Positions 27,968-37,954 of a stretch of 64,000 nt of DNA are shown in pieces. The stretch comes from a virus. Its lineage: Duplodnaviria > Caudoviricetes. The stretch covers positions 32,001-96,000 of the IMG/VR virus record IMGVR_UViG_3300037424_000564, one strand, 5' to 3'. Each line of letters starts with the position of its first letter. Within the stretch, counting starts at the first letter, position 1. A program made the position numbers and the translations under genes. The notes beneath the pieces were generated by a model. It was not told the DNA's origin and did no database searches. It saw nothing but the letters and a program-made list of their open reading frames with translations.

Positions 27968-28402
27968 AATAATCTTACTACTTAACCATTTGATTGTCAA
28001 TTTAATTCCAAAATAAATTAATTAAGTTAGAGTTCACATCACACACCTTCCTTTCACAAAAGTAGGAGTTATTGATTTTTGATTTTCTCTATCGTAACAT
28101 GATGATTTTACTTTGTCAATTTATTTGTATAAACAGATAGTCATTGATTGCATTTAAACTAAACTCTGCAAAGTTAGATCGCACCTACCTATCGTCAAGC
28201 CTTATTGTCGCCCCCTCTGGTTATCGTCAGGCTCTATTGTCGTATACATCTATCCACTTCTATTGAGTGGGTTTTATTTCTGATTGCAGTCAGAAGGCAC
28301 TTCAATCAATGACTTTCTGTTTATACAAATAAATTGTCTTGTCAAATAACTCGTTCAACATTGAAATAATCTTACTACTTAACCATTTGATTGTCAATTT
28401 AA
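27945..28402 (-). repeat. Two ~60-bp identical promoter cassettes (27945-28005, 28342-28402)
   Basis: tcaaataactcgttcaacattgaaataatcttactacttaaccatttgattgtcaattta repeated; TTGACA-17-TAAGAT on the minus strand. Confidence 0.9.
28117..28336 (-). ncRNA. RNA closed by a 34-bp near-perfect helix, with internal tandem repeats
   Basis: Arms 28117-28150 and 28303-28336 with one mismatch; 21-nt repeats at 28190 and 28222. Confidence 0.65.
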
Positions 28403-28411
28403 ATTTTGATA

Positions 28412-28490
28412 TGCGCCCCGAGTAGGACTTGAACCTACATGTATCCAATTAACCTTTCAATCGGTTCGTAGCCGAAGGGTATACCGAGAC
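28412..28490 (-). tRNA. Atypical tRNA-Arg(ACG)-like RNA lacking a normally placed D-arm
   Basis: UCGG-CUACGAA-CCGA, UUGAAAG..UAAUUGGAUACAU then GUAGG-UUCAAGU-CCUAC; same layout as 19973-20052. Confidence 0.6.
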
Positions 28491-28501
28491 AATAAACTAG
28501 T

Positions 28502-28590
28502 TTGCAGCGAGTGAAGGCATCGAACCATTGACGCTATTAACGTCACCACTGTTTTCAAGACAGCTTGGGGAGCCAACCCCGGCACTCGCC
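28502..28590 (-). tRNA. tRNA-Ser(UGA) with 8/4 acceptor/T-stem fold
   Basis: GGCGAGUG/CACUCGCU 8-bp acceptor, GGGG/CCCC D-stem, CUUGAAA loop, UGACG/CGUCA arm, 4-bp T-stem. Confidence 0.75.
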
Positions 28591-28734
28591 ATTGATTAAA
28601 CTTTACTACATCTTTATTCAGTTGTCAAATTAAATATAGTAATTTCAACCCTAGAAGGACTTTCGTTAAACACTGCTAAAGCATTTTAAGTGTTAGTTGA
28701 AATCTTTACTGTCCATTAACTATATTATTGCTGT

Positions 28735-28808
28735 TTGTAGCTCTTAACAGAATCGAACTGTTGTTTATGGTATGTAAAACCACCACTCTACCATTGAGTT
28801 AAAGAGCT
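28735..28808 (-). tRNA. tRNA-Val(UAC)
   Basis: AGCUCUU/AAGAGCU, GUGGU-UUUACAU-ACCAU. Confidence 0.85.
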
Positions 28809-28815
28809 ATATTAC

Positions 28816-28888
28816 TTGTGGAGATAGGCGGAATCGAACCCCCTGCTGAGATTTGCAAGACCTCTGCCCTTTACCAAAACATACCCCC
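28816..28888 (-). tRNA. tRNA-Ala(UGC), short D-arm
   Basis: G3:U70 pair, GAGGU-CUUGCAA-AUCUC. Confidence 0.8.
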
Positions 28889-29401
28889 AAAACTAAAAAA
28901 CCCTTGTCACATAAGCAACAAGGGTGATAAATCTAACTATCCCTGTTACCGTTTACATTGTATCCCCACCAAATGCCCAAATAAGATATGAGCGCACATC
29001 AGCTTTAAAGGATGCAGTCATAGCACTCTCTAAATTGACTTTATTAATTGTGGGTTGATTTATATTCATATATATTTTTCCGTGTAAATTGGTTATCTTT
29101 ATTTATAAAAGATAAATTTTATCTATTCATGAAATAGCGTAACTAGTTGAAATAGTTATTTAAATTATTGATTTTTTCTATTCATTATAATCGATGCAAT
29201 ATAACTCACCAGTACCATGTAAATATTTTTGTAATGCTACAATTAACCCAAAACTTTCATTTTCTAGCTCACCATATATAACAGAACAATTTATTTCAGC
29301 CATAACTTTGTTGCATCGTTCATGTAACTTTAATGCTTCTTTTTGTCGTTCTTCTGGTTTGTTAGTTAAATAGTTGAATTCCATATTATCCTTAATTAAG
29401 A

Positions 29402-29484
29402 CTAGTGGAGATTAGCAGGCTTATATCAATTAACAGTTGAGTCCCCGAAGGGAGTAGAAGGATGCCTCTTACTATAGCCACTAG
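29402..29484 (-). ncRNA. Structured leader RNA motif, copy 3
   Basis: CUAGUGG/CCACUAG closing stem, AGGC/GCCU, GGCAUCCUUCUA, UUCG hairpin; TTGACA-17-TACAAT promoter at 29494-29522. Confidence 0.7.
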
Positions 29485-29523
29485 CTTTAAATAATTGTAG
29501 CATGTTTTTATTTAGGTGTCAAT

Positions 29524-29967
29524 TTAAATATCTATAATTCCGAAAACAACGTAATCTGGTTGTTGCTGAAAACTAGTAACATAGGAAATCTGTTTGTTAA
29601 TTTCTCTTCCAGTATAAAATCGGTCATCTGAAAGAATTTTATATTCTTTTAAAATTACAAAATCACCTTTGTTGAAGGTACGATCACCGTTATAACGAAT
29701 TTCGAATGTCTTTTCACCACGTAGAATAGCTTCAAAAAATTCAGGTAGTTCTTTTAGTTCATGTGTTTGTCTCTTCTTAATTGGTTCTTTATATGCACAT
29801 GGAGCACAAGTAAATGCTCGTTTATCACCTAAAAAAATTTGTTTACAAATATGACATACATTTGAGTAGTTTCCACCAGCCCATCCTGCTCTAGGTGGTC
29901 TTTTATCACAATTAAATGTATCATAGAATGGTATATTCATATAATTACTTCCTACGTTATAAACCAA
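29524..29967 (-). CDS. ASCH/DUF3850 domain protein
   Basis: HELKELPEFFEAILRGEKTFEIRYN.DR.F..GD.VILKEY. Confidence 0.85.
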   Translation of the reverse strand: MVYNVGSNYMNIPFYDTFNCDKRPPRAGWAGGNYSNVCHICKQIFLGDKRAFTCAPCAYKEPIKKRQTHELKELPEFFEAILRGEKTFEIRYNGDRTFNKGDFVILKEYKILSDDRFYTGREINKQISYVTSFQQQPDYVVFGIIDI

Positions 29968-30555
29968 CTAACTCCAAATAAACAATATTACCGATACAAT
30001 TAACGACATAAATGATAACGCACCAATTGCAGCGACAATACGTGATACTGTGTTGCTTACATCGTCAAAACACAATGCAATAAAAACACAAGCAAATATA
30101 ATAATAAATGATGTCTGCATTATTTTAATTAACATTATTATTTTTCATCCATAGTATTAATATCTTTAACAGACAGTTTTCTAAATTTAGAAGCATGAAC
30201 ATCATAAAGAAGTAGAGTATCATCATCAGTTAGTGCTGATTTACCAGAACCAATATAATTACCGAGATACTTAGATTCAAGGGAAAATGTTTTAAAGAAA
30301 TTCATACCATTATGTGAGTACGAAACTTCATAAGTACCAGAGCGAAGTTTAGTAAGAACTTCTTCCTTGGTGAAGCCATTCCCAATATTGGCAGAAGTTA
30401 CTGCTTGAGTAGAATTCAGAGGAGCCGACATGAATTTTCCACAAATAGAACAACGACCTTGATGTTTATAAGTATTAGCGATACAGGTATGCATTATGAT
30501 TTCCTTTCGTTGATTGATTTAATTAAATGTAACATGAATATTGGTTCTTGTCAAT

Positions 30556-31302
30556 TTAATTATTATCTATAATATTTTCTTTTGGTAACATTGCGTGAAT
30601 AGAATCAATTTCTATTTCAGATCCATGTGCATCTTGTTTCTTCAGATCTTCTAGTGACATGTTTCGACGTTTTGCTCTAGTTTCATCTGATGCGACAACA
30701 CCATAAATCTTAACAGAATAACCAGTATATTTACCAAATTTCAATAAAGATTCATATTCATTTACAAATCTACAATCCGATATAATAGCATAAGTTGCTA
30801 ATTTTTCATCGAATGCTTTTTTAATTTTATTAAATGCTGTATCAATCCAGATAGTATCATTAACATATCTACCTAATTCCGTACCTAATAGTTGACCTAA
30901 TTTACGGAATGAATTATTATAATCAATATTCATTGCACAATTATTTACATTCTTAACAAATTCTTCTTGATAAATTTCATAATTTGTTCTTATGCTTTGT
31001 AAACGATATTGTTTATTTTGTGTAATATATGTTGTAGTATCTAGGTTTTCCAACAATGACAATATATTTTTAATGGTATGGTGAGTAATATAATTATGAG
31101 TAAAATTAGATCTAATTGGGGTTGATGTATTTGATTTAGTAAACCCAAAAGAATCATATAAAATTTGTTTGATTGGATCAGCAAACGAAATCATCAATAT
31201 TGAATTACCATCATCTTTAAGTTTTTCAATTTGTCTCATTGCACTATAATCTTTACCTGAGCCTAATTTTCCAGAAAAGGCTAAAACTTTATTCATAAGC
31301 AT
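30556..31302 (-). CDS. Deoxynucleoside monophosphate kinase (T4 gp1-like)
   Basis: SGKLGSGKD P-loop, SFADPIK, LGQLLGTE, ISDCRFVNE. Confidence 0.85.
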   Translation of the reverse strand: MLMNKVLAFSGKLGSGKDYSAMRQIEKLKDDGNSILMISFADPIKQILYDSFGFTKSNTSTPIRSNFTHNYITHHTIKNILSLLENLDTTTYITQNKQYRLQSIRTNYEIYQEEFVKNVNNCAMNIDYNNSFRKLGQLLGTELGRYVNDTIWIDTAFNKIKKAFDEKLATYAIISDCRFVNEYESLLKFGKYTGYSVKIYGVVASDETRAKRRNMSLEDLKKQDAHGSEIEIDSIHAMLPKENIIDNN

Positions 31303-31895
31303 TCCTTAATTATTTGTTTAATTTCTTCGTAACTACCAGCAGATTTAAATTTAGACATATCAATATTATTCTCCATAATTAGAGGAAGATGATTATTAAT
31401 ATTTGACCAACCATTGTTATGTAAGTTGATGCATATACCTAAGTTATTGTTTTTATTGATATGTTGTAAAATATGATACGGGTAATCATCAACTAAAATA
31501 CATTTTTTAGTAAAGTTATATTTTTCGATAATATTATTAGAAAACTGGATATCAGTTATACCATAATTATATTTAACAAACTTACTTTTTGCTTCTTTAT
31601 TTTTATATGTGTCTGCATGACTTAATATAGAAACTTCATCAAAATTTTCTTTACACCATTCTACAAATTCTTTTGAACCTTCATATGGTTGAATTAGTTT
31701 ACCATAGATGAAATGGGGATCTTCAAGATAAAAATCAGATGCTCCCTTTCCAAAAGAACGACATAGGAAATCATAGGTAGTAACTTCAGGTAAAGTTAAA
31801 ATCCTATCAGCATATCCTTCAGAGTATAACCAAACTAACCAAGTTTCAATGAAATCACATAGAGTATTATCTAGATCAAGTATAATTCTTTTCAA
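31293..31895 (-). CDS. HAD-family 5'(3')-deoxyribonucleotidase
   Basis: LDLDNTLCDF motif I, LVDD motif IV. Confidence 0.8.
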   Translation of the reverse strand: MKRIILDLDNTLCDFIETWLVWLYSEGYADRILTLPEVTTYDFLCRSFGKGASDFYLEDPHFIYGKLIQPYEGSKEFVEWCKENFDEVSILSHADTYKNKEAKSKFVKYNYGITDIQFSNNIIEKYNFTKKCILVDDYPYHILQHINKNNNLGICINLHNNGWSNINNHLPLIMENNIDMSKFKSAGSYEEIKQIIKECL

Positions 31896-33823
31896 GCGTA
31901 TTCTCTCCTTAATTTTACTTTACCACACTTAGTACATTCTTTCGATTGTAATACAAATTGAGCAGTTACAATGCCTTCTGATGTTCCTGTATCAGTTTCG
32001 GTGACAAGCTTTTCTGATTTCCATTTTGAATAATTGTGTAAACAAATCATCAATCCCACCATTCTCTCATTTTACTTAAATTTTTTATATATAAGTTCCA
32101 TACCTTTTCATCAAGTGCATGTGCTTTTTTAGAATCTTCCCGATATAATTCAGCAACATCATCTGGCATCCCTCTCATTTCAAAATAAAGAGGATTTACA
32201 ACACCATCTTTTTTAAGTGGTAAGAAATCAAAATAAGATGATTGGTAATGTTTATCAAAAACAAGCATCGAATAATATTCATCTTTATACATTTGCTGTA
32301 GTTTTCGAGTCCATCTAATACGTTTTGCTATATGATATTTTCCACAAGTCATTGGATTATCTGATGCCCAAAACTTCTCCATTTCTTGAAGTTGTTTATC
32401 AATTAGTGCAGATAGATAATAATGGTCAAAAACATCATTATTCCAGATTAATTTACCCCAGACAAAAATATTTCGAATTCCTCGTTTAACCCAATACCAA
32501 GGGTATACGAATAAACGATCTAAAAATGCATCAAATTTATATTTGAATTCATTAGTCATTTATACATCCTTTTTCTTTTTATGAAATTTTTTATATACAG
32601 TTCTATAGTTAGAACGTGACATTGAAATTTTACAAAGTAAACGCCAAGCTTCTTTGATTTCAAATACTAGATGGTTTGTTGTTTTATGTATCACAGAAAC
32701 AATAACACAAATTAAAATTAATGGTAACAACATAATTACTATAAAACACCAGACATAATAATTTAGTGTTATTAATTGAAAAATATTCATATTAATCTCT
32801 AGTTGCTTTTTCTGCCGCCCAATGTTCTAGAGCAAGACGAAGTTTTGGAAGTGAATCAATAAGACGAACAAGATTTTTATTTTTAGCGCCGTCAAAGCTT
32901 ACGTCAGCAGAAGTTCCAGTTCCTTCTTCTTCGCTTTGATGATAAAAACTAAGAGTATCAGGAAATGCGTAATTGATTTCTTCCCCATCATCCATTTCAA
33001 AACTAATTGAAACTGTTACTGGTGTTCTATTGCTTCCCGGTGAAGCTGAATTTTCGCTAAGATGTTTCATAAATTTTTCTGATGCCATGTCATTCTCCTT
33101 AAGTAATATTATCTATTATAGCGACAATCCATATGATTGTCAACTTTATTTATTAATAGATAATCAATCCTTATAGAAAGAAACAACACAGGAATTTACC
33201 ATTTCAGGATAATACCCAGTTCCAGCAAAGGCATCGTGAAATTTGGTGTGAACACCCCAACCGAATTCACCAGACAGATAAGAATACAGATCTGATGACT
33301 CGAAGATCAGACAAATAGGATGACCATCCCAGTTAACTCTGATGATACATCCCTCACTGCAATCAACTTCAGAAAAAAACTTATTCAGTGCTTTCTTCAG
33401 TTTAGCCGGAACTTTACCACCTTGATCCATCATTTTCTCGACATAATCAATCATAAAAAATCTCCTTTGGTTGAATTAAATATACCAAAGGAGATTTTTA
33501 TTGTCAATTTTTTTCTTTGTATACTTTATATAATGGATATAGATTTTTTGTATGCTTAAAAAATTCAATATTCACTGGTTTCCAGTATGTAAAAAACATT
33601 TGATTATATGAAACTGTATGAAATTCAGATAATAGATCTTTATAAGAAATATCATCATGTGATTCGTCATTAAAAATAAAAGTAATCAAATCTTGTCTAA
33701 AATTAAAAACTTTATCATTACGTAATTCTACATATTTAACCCATACAATACACATCAAAACAGTGACAGTTAAAATACCAACAAATACTAACCAAACTAA
33801 AAGTATATCCATTTCAATCTCCT

Positions 33824-34882
33824 TTATTTACGATAGAGTTCATATTCTACTTTTTTATTAAAAGCGACAAGTTTCTTATTACATCCATACTTACATTTAT
33901 CATGAAGTGGAGTAAACGCATATCTATCTTTAGCTTTGAAGAAAACCTGTGATAGAGACATATCGCTAATGTTTAATCCAGTGTGACCAACTCCATCCCG
34001 ATATAGATGTGAGCAATTAGAAGCGTCACCATCTTCGTTTACAGTTAACTCTGATAATTGTAGATAACAAGGCATATGCATGTTTTCTCGGAATCTAACT
34101 TTGCTATCAAATGTATTTTCATCATGACTAGCATGAAACAAGAAACGAGATTCAGTATCACCTGCACTTTCCATAACATGATTTAAAATTGGAACAATTT
34201 CATCAAACAAACTACCAATATCAGTAGGAGTGAAAGTAAATCTTTCGTTGGTTCCTTTATATGCAGAAAAGAATACAGCATATAGATGTGGAAGTTCTTT
34301 GTAATACATTTCCAGAAAATTAGGGATATGTTTATAATTTTCTCTTGTCATCGTATAAGTGATACTTACGATTGGACCCTCATTACGAGAATTAAGTTCA
34401 TTAATTTTCTTAAGATTTTTCATGACTAATTGGTGTGCATTTGGAATACCAACCAGCGAATCGAAATATTCTGCATCATGACTATCCAAAGAAACTTTAA
34501 GTCTCTTGATGCGTGGAATAACATCATCAGGAAGATTAGTCATAAGATTTGTGTTAAGATGAATATCAACATTATCATAATATACAGTATCACGAATAAC
34601 ATCAAATAGATATGGAACACAAGTAGGCTCACCACCAGTAATATGAAGTATACCCCCACCCATTTGAGAATATTCTTTAATAAGCTTAAAGAACAATTCT
34701 TTAGATAGTTGTTTAGGAGAATGACATTCATTACAATAACTACATTTCATATTACATTTATTTGTAATATGAAGAGAAAGTCTACGCAAAGGAGGAAGAG
34801 TATTCTCCCTAAGAGCATTATGAGTTTCATCAATACGTTGTTCAAATAAATCCCAATATTTACTTCCAATTGCTTCTAACAT
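33824..34882 (-). CDS. Radical SAM protein with C-terminal Cys cluster
   Basis: HITNKCNMKCSYC, HITGGEP, LNTN, VSLDS; C-terminal C..VNEDG..SNC...CKYGC. Confidence 0.9.
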   Translation of the reverse strand: MLEAIGSKYWDLFEQRIDETHNALRENTLPPLRRLSLHITNKCNMKCSYCNECHSPKQLSKELFFKLIKEYSQMGGGILHITGGEPTCVPYLFDVIRDTVYYDNVDIHLNTNLMTNLPDDVIPRIKRLKVSLDSHDAEYFDSLVGIPNAHQLVMKNLKKINELNSRNEGPIVSITYTMTRENYKHIPNFLEMYYKELPHLYAVFFSAYKGTNERFTFTPTDIGSLFDEIVPILNHVMESAGDTESRFLFHASHDENTFDSKVRFRENMHMPCYLQLSELTVNEDGDASNCSHLYRDGVGHTGLNISDMSLSQVFFKAKDRYAFTPLHDKCKYGCNKKLVAFNKKVEYELYRK

Positions 34883-35700
34883 TATTCGCTCCTTTTTGTA
34901 TTTCGTTGTCTTAATGCATCTAATTCAAAACAAATTTCAACATGAATAATTGAAGGAATTTGGTTATCGATACCAATTTCATGTTGAAATTCATACATAA
35001 CTTTATCAAATTCACTTTTAGTCATACATGTTCTAAATTTAGGTTTCCATATATTATTAAAAATATCATTCATTTGAAGATTTATATTTAAATTAAGTTC
35101 GATAAGATCTTTAAAGGTATTCATTGCAATCTCCTTACCTAGGAAGTATACATTTCCATTTCGCACATAATTTTAGATAGTCGCTTATAAGCTTTGCCAC
35201 AAATATTGACTAGACTATATGTTTCATCACCTTTATACCATGTGATATATACAATCCATTCGTTAAATTGAGGGATAATAAATGCAGTGCCATCGTGAAT
35301 TTGCGTAATGAAAATCTCTTTTCCTTCAGCTTCTTCTTCAGTAAGATAGTCAATTAAAGCCTGTGGATATACGTACATAATTTCTCCTTAGTTCAGCCAG
35401 CAAAATTTAATAAATTTAACAATACCATAAAAGATACAACAAAGTAACCCCATTTTAAAAATAAAACTAAACATTGAAAAAGTAAGATCAATAAAAGAGT
35501 TCCATGCTTTTTTAGCATTTCGATGGCTAACCCATGCATGGAGTTCTTTTTCTGATTTAAATGAAATACCCTTATACTGAGGACTCCAAAACTTATGACT
35601 TTCCGTTGAATATAAAACTGTATAATCTCGTTTCATAAAAAACTCCTTTGGTTGAATTGAATATACCAAAGGAGTTTTTTCTTGTCAATTTAATTATTAC

Positions 35701-36135
35701 TTAAAACGAAGAAACTAGTGCATCTAGAATAGGGATTTGTTTAGGATTAATAATATCATACGCTTCGTCAATATCAACCCATTTATAATCATCAATTTCT
35801 TTAATCATAAGTCCAGACCCAATAGGGTATTCACACTCATTAGAAAAACATTCTTCTGGGTCAACATCCATATTGATTCCGTATGCACAAACCATTTTAT
35901 TTGGATTTTGTTGTACTTGCCCTAGATATTTGTAATATTGTCTATTTCTTGTACGAAGAGTTGTTCCAGTTTCCTCTTCAAACTCTCGACATGCAGCATC
36001 TAATTTATTCTCCCCTTCTTCTAGTTCACCTTTAGGGAATGACCAGAAAGGAAACACATTAGTTGAATGTGCTAGAAAAACATTAAGTTGGTTATTAACA
36101 AATTTATAACAAATAATCCCGGCTGAAAATTTCAT
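35701..36135 (-). CDS. NUDIX hydrolase
   Basis: PKGELEEGENKLDAACREFEEETG Nudix box. Confidence 0.92.
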   Translation of the reverse strand: MKFSAGIICYKFVNNQLNVFLAHSTNVFPFWSFPKGELEEGENKLDAACREFEEETGTTLRTRNRQYYKYLGQVQQNPNKMVCAYGINMDVDPEECFSNECEYPIGSGLMIKEIDDYKWVDIDEAYDIINPKQIPILDALVSSF

Positions 36136-36776
36136 TTTTTCTCCATTAAAGTTTTTCTATTATGATTTGGGTTTTTTAGTTCACCACGTCTACGTTTGGC
36201 CCATACCTCTTTCATTTTTAGACTTCTATCTTTTTTTTGTTCTTTTGTTAGTTCTAATCCAATCAATTTATTTCTAATTTTAATTTTAACTTCTTCTGAT
36301 CGTGGTATACCAAACGAATGATGGTTTTCTCCTGATGTTTTTTCTTTAAAGGATTGGATACCTTTATCACTTCTACACCATTTATCCCCAAACATTGGAT
36401 TTTTATCTCCCAATCTAGCTTGTCTAAGTATTTCTTTGGTTTTAGCTGAATGTTTTTTTCCTAGAAAAGCTTTAACCCCTAATACTCCTTGACCACCATA
36501 AGTAATATTTGTTAAATTATCTTTACCAATTTCTAAAATAATTTCTCTTTCTTTTAGCAATGATTCTGAATGTGATAAATTACAATAGAGGTATGTAATA
36601 ATAGGCATTAATCCATCATTAAAAATATCCTTTATCAATCTATTTTTTTCAGTATCTTTTGCTAATTGATTAGGATATAAATGTTGTTTTGCTCTATATT
36701 TTTTACCTTTACCTATATAAAAAATCTTACTATCTCTGGGGTCAATGTACGCATACACATAAAAAATATTATTCAT
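36132..36776 (-). CDS. GIY-YIG endonuclease with NUMOD3-like repeats
   Basis: YVYAYID...FYIGKG..YR..H; GKKHSAKTKE and GENHHSFG repeats. Confidence 0.85.
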   Translation of the reverse strand: MNNIFYVYAYIDPRDSKIFYIGKGKKYRAKQHLYPNQLAKDTEKNRLIKDIFNDGLMPIITYLYCNLSHSESLLKEREIILEIGKDNLTNITYGGQGVLGVKAFLGKKHSAKTKEILRQARLGDKNPMFGDKWCRSDKGIQSFKEKTSGENHHSFGIPRSEEVKIKIRNKLIGLELTKEQKKDRSLKMKEVWAKRRRGELKNPNHNRKTLMEKK

Positions 36777-36838
36777 ATAAAAATCTCCTTTATTTTATTT
36801 ATAAAAAAATTAGATTTTTATATGAATACATCCTTCCA

Positions 36839-37954
36839 TTATAGTTTATACTCCCGATTAATAATTTTAAAAGACCACCAATCACGACTACATTTACTAA
36901 TGAAAGGTTCACAAGGACGAACAACAATTCCTTCTGCAATTTCACCATTCAAATAAACCTGTTTATCAGCAAGTTCCTGTAGTTCATCAAAAGTCATGTT
37001 GAAATTATCAACAATCATAACAAGAGGAACAGCAGGGATTCCCAACCACTGCATAACGGTACGAGAGTCATCATAATCCAAAGGTTTTTTAGTTCCTTTT
37101 TCAATGATGTTAAAGGTAGCCATATCAACACCTTCAATACCAAGTTTGTTCTTTTTAATACCAGAACCATAACATTCTGCTTGAATAGCTATATTGATAT
37201 TAGGTTCTTTCAGTTTTTCTTTAAGATTATATTTATTGACTGCTTGCCAAAACTTATTAGTTTCATGTTCACCAATTTGATTATTACGTGAACAAACCAT
37301 CAATTCATCTTGTTCATTATCCCAAAGAGTAGTAAGAGAACTACCTTCAATCTTTAGAGTAATATAGACTCGCATTCCTTGAATTTCATCAAGTGCTCGA
37401 ACCTTAGAAGCAAGATTCACTTCATCAGTCTTGGATACAAGATAATTAGGAAAATCACCTTTAGTTTGCATTTGACCAAACCCAGATCCCCCGCCTTTTT
37501 GAACAGGAGCGATATATTTTTTGACACCTAGTTCGTGAGTCAAGTCAAGGCCACATTCCTGATTTTGATTATAAATAGTTCCATCACTATCAGGAAGAGT
37601 ATTCAAATAATCAAGAACCAATTTCAAAGGAAGCACAATTCCTTGGCTATAGATTTTACGAATAATGAAATCTTCATCATCACGTTCAGTAAATGATTTC
37701 TGTTTAACTCGATATTTGGTTTCTTTCATAAAATCAAACATTTCGATTTTAGGTAGAACGGAATCATACTTAACAAACATGACAAGATCACCAACCTGAT
37801 GACCTTTCTCACAAATTGCATCATATCCAAAATTTTTAAATTTTACTAATTCAATTCTATCTTTATTTGGAATAGCAATTAGTTCATCAATCATAGCAAC
37901 TACTGCTAAATTATTACGATCAATTACTTCTGTCATTTCAATTTCAGTATTCAT
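36839..37954 (-). CDS. RNA ligase (DRB0094/Rnl5-like, N-terminal OB fold)
   Basis: KTDE, TLKIEGSS motif I, CSRN, IQAECYG, EGIVVRP, SFKIIN. Confidence 0.88.
   Translation of the reverse strand: MNTEIEMTEVIDRNNLAVVAMIDELIAIPNKDRIELVKFKNFGYDAICEKGHQVGDLVMFVKYDSVLPKIEMFDFMKETKYRVKQKSFTERDDEDFIIRKIYSQGIVLPLKLVLDYLNTLPDSDGTIYNQNQECGLDLTHELGVKKYIAPVQKGGGSGFGQMQTKGDFPNYLVSKTDEVNLASKVRALDEIQGMRVYITLKIEGSSLTTLWDNEQDELMVCSRNNQIGEHETNKFWQAVNKYNLKEKLKEPNINIAIQAECYGSGIKKNKLGIEGVDMATFNIIEKGTKKPLDYDDSRTVMQWLGIPAVPLVMIVDNFNMTFDELQELADKQVYLNGEIAEGIVVRPCEPFISKCSRDWWSFKIINREYKL

Noticed and set aside
19300-28900. CRISPR array among the repeats
   Set aside because: No series of constant repeats with unique, similar-length spacers
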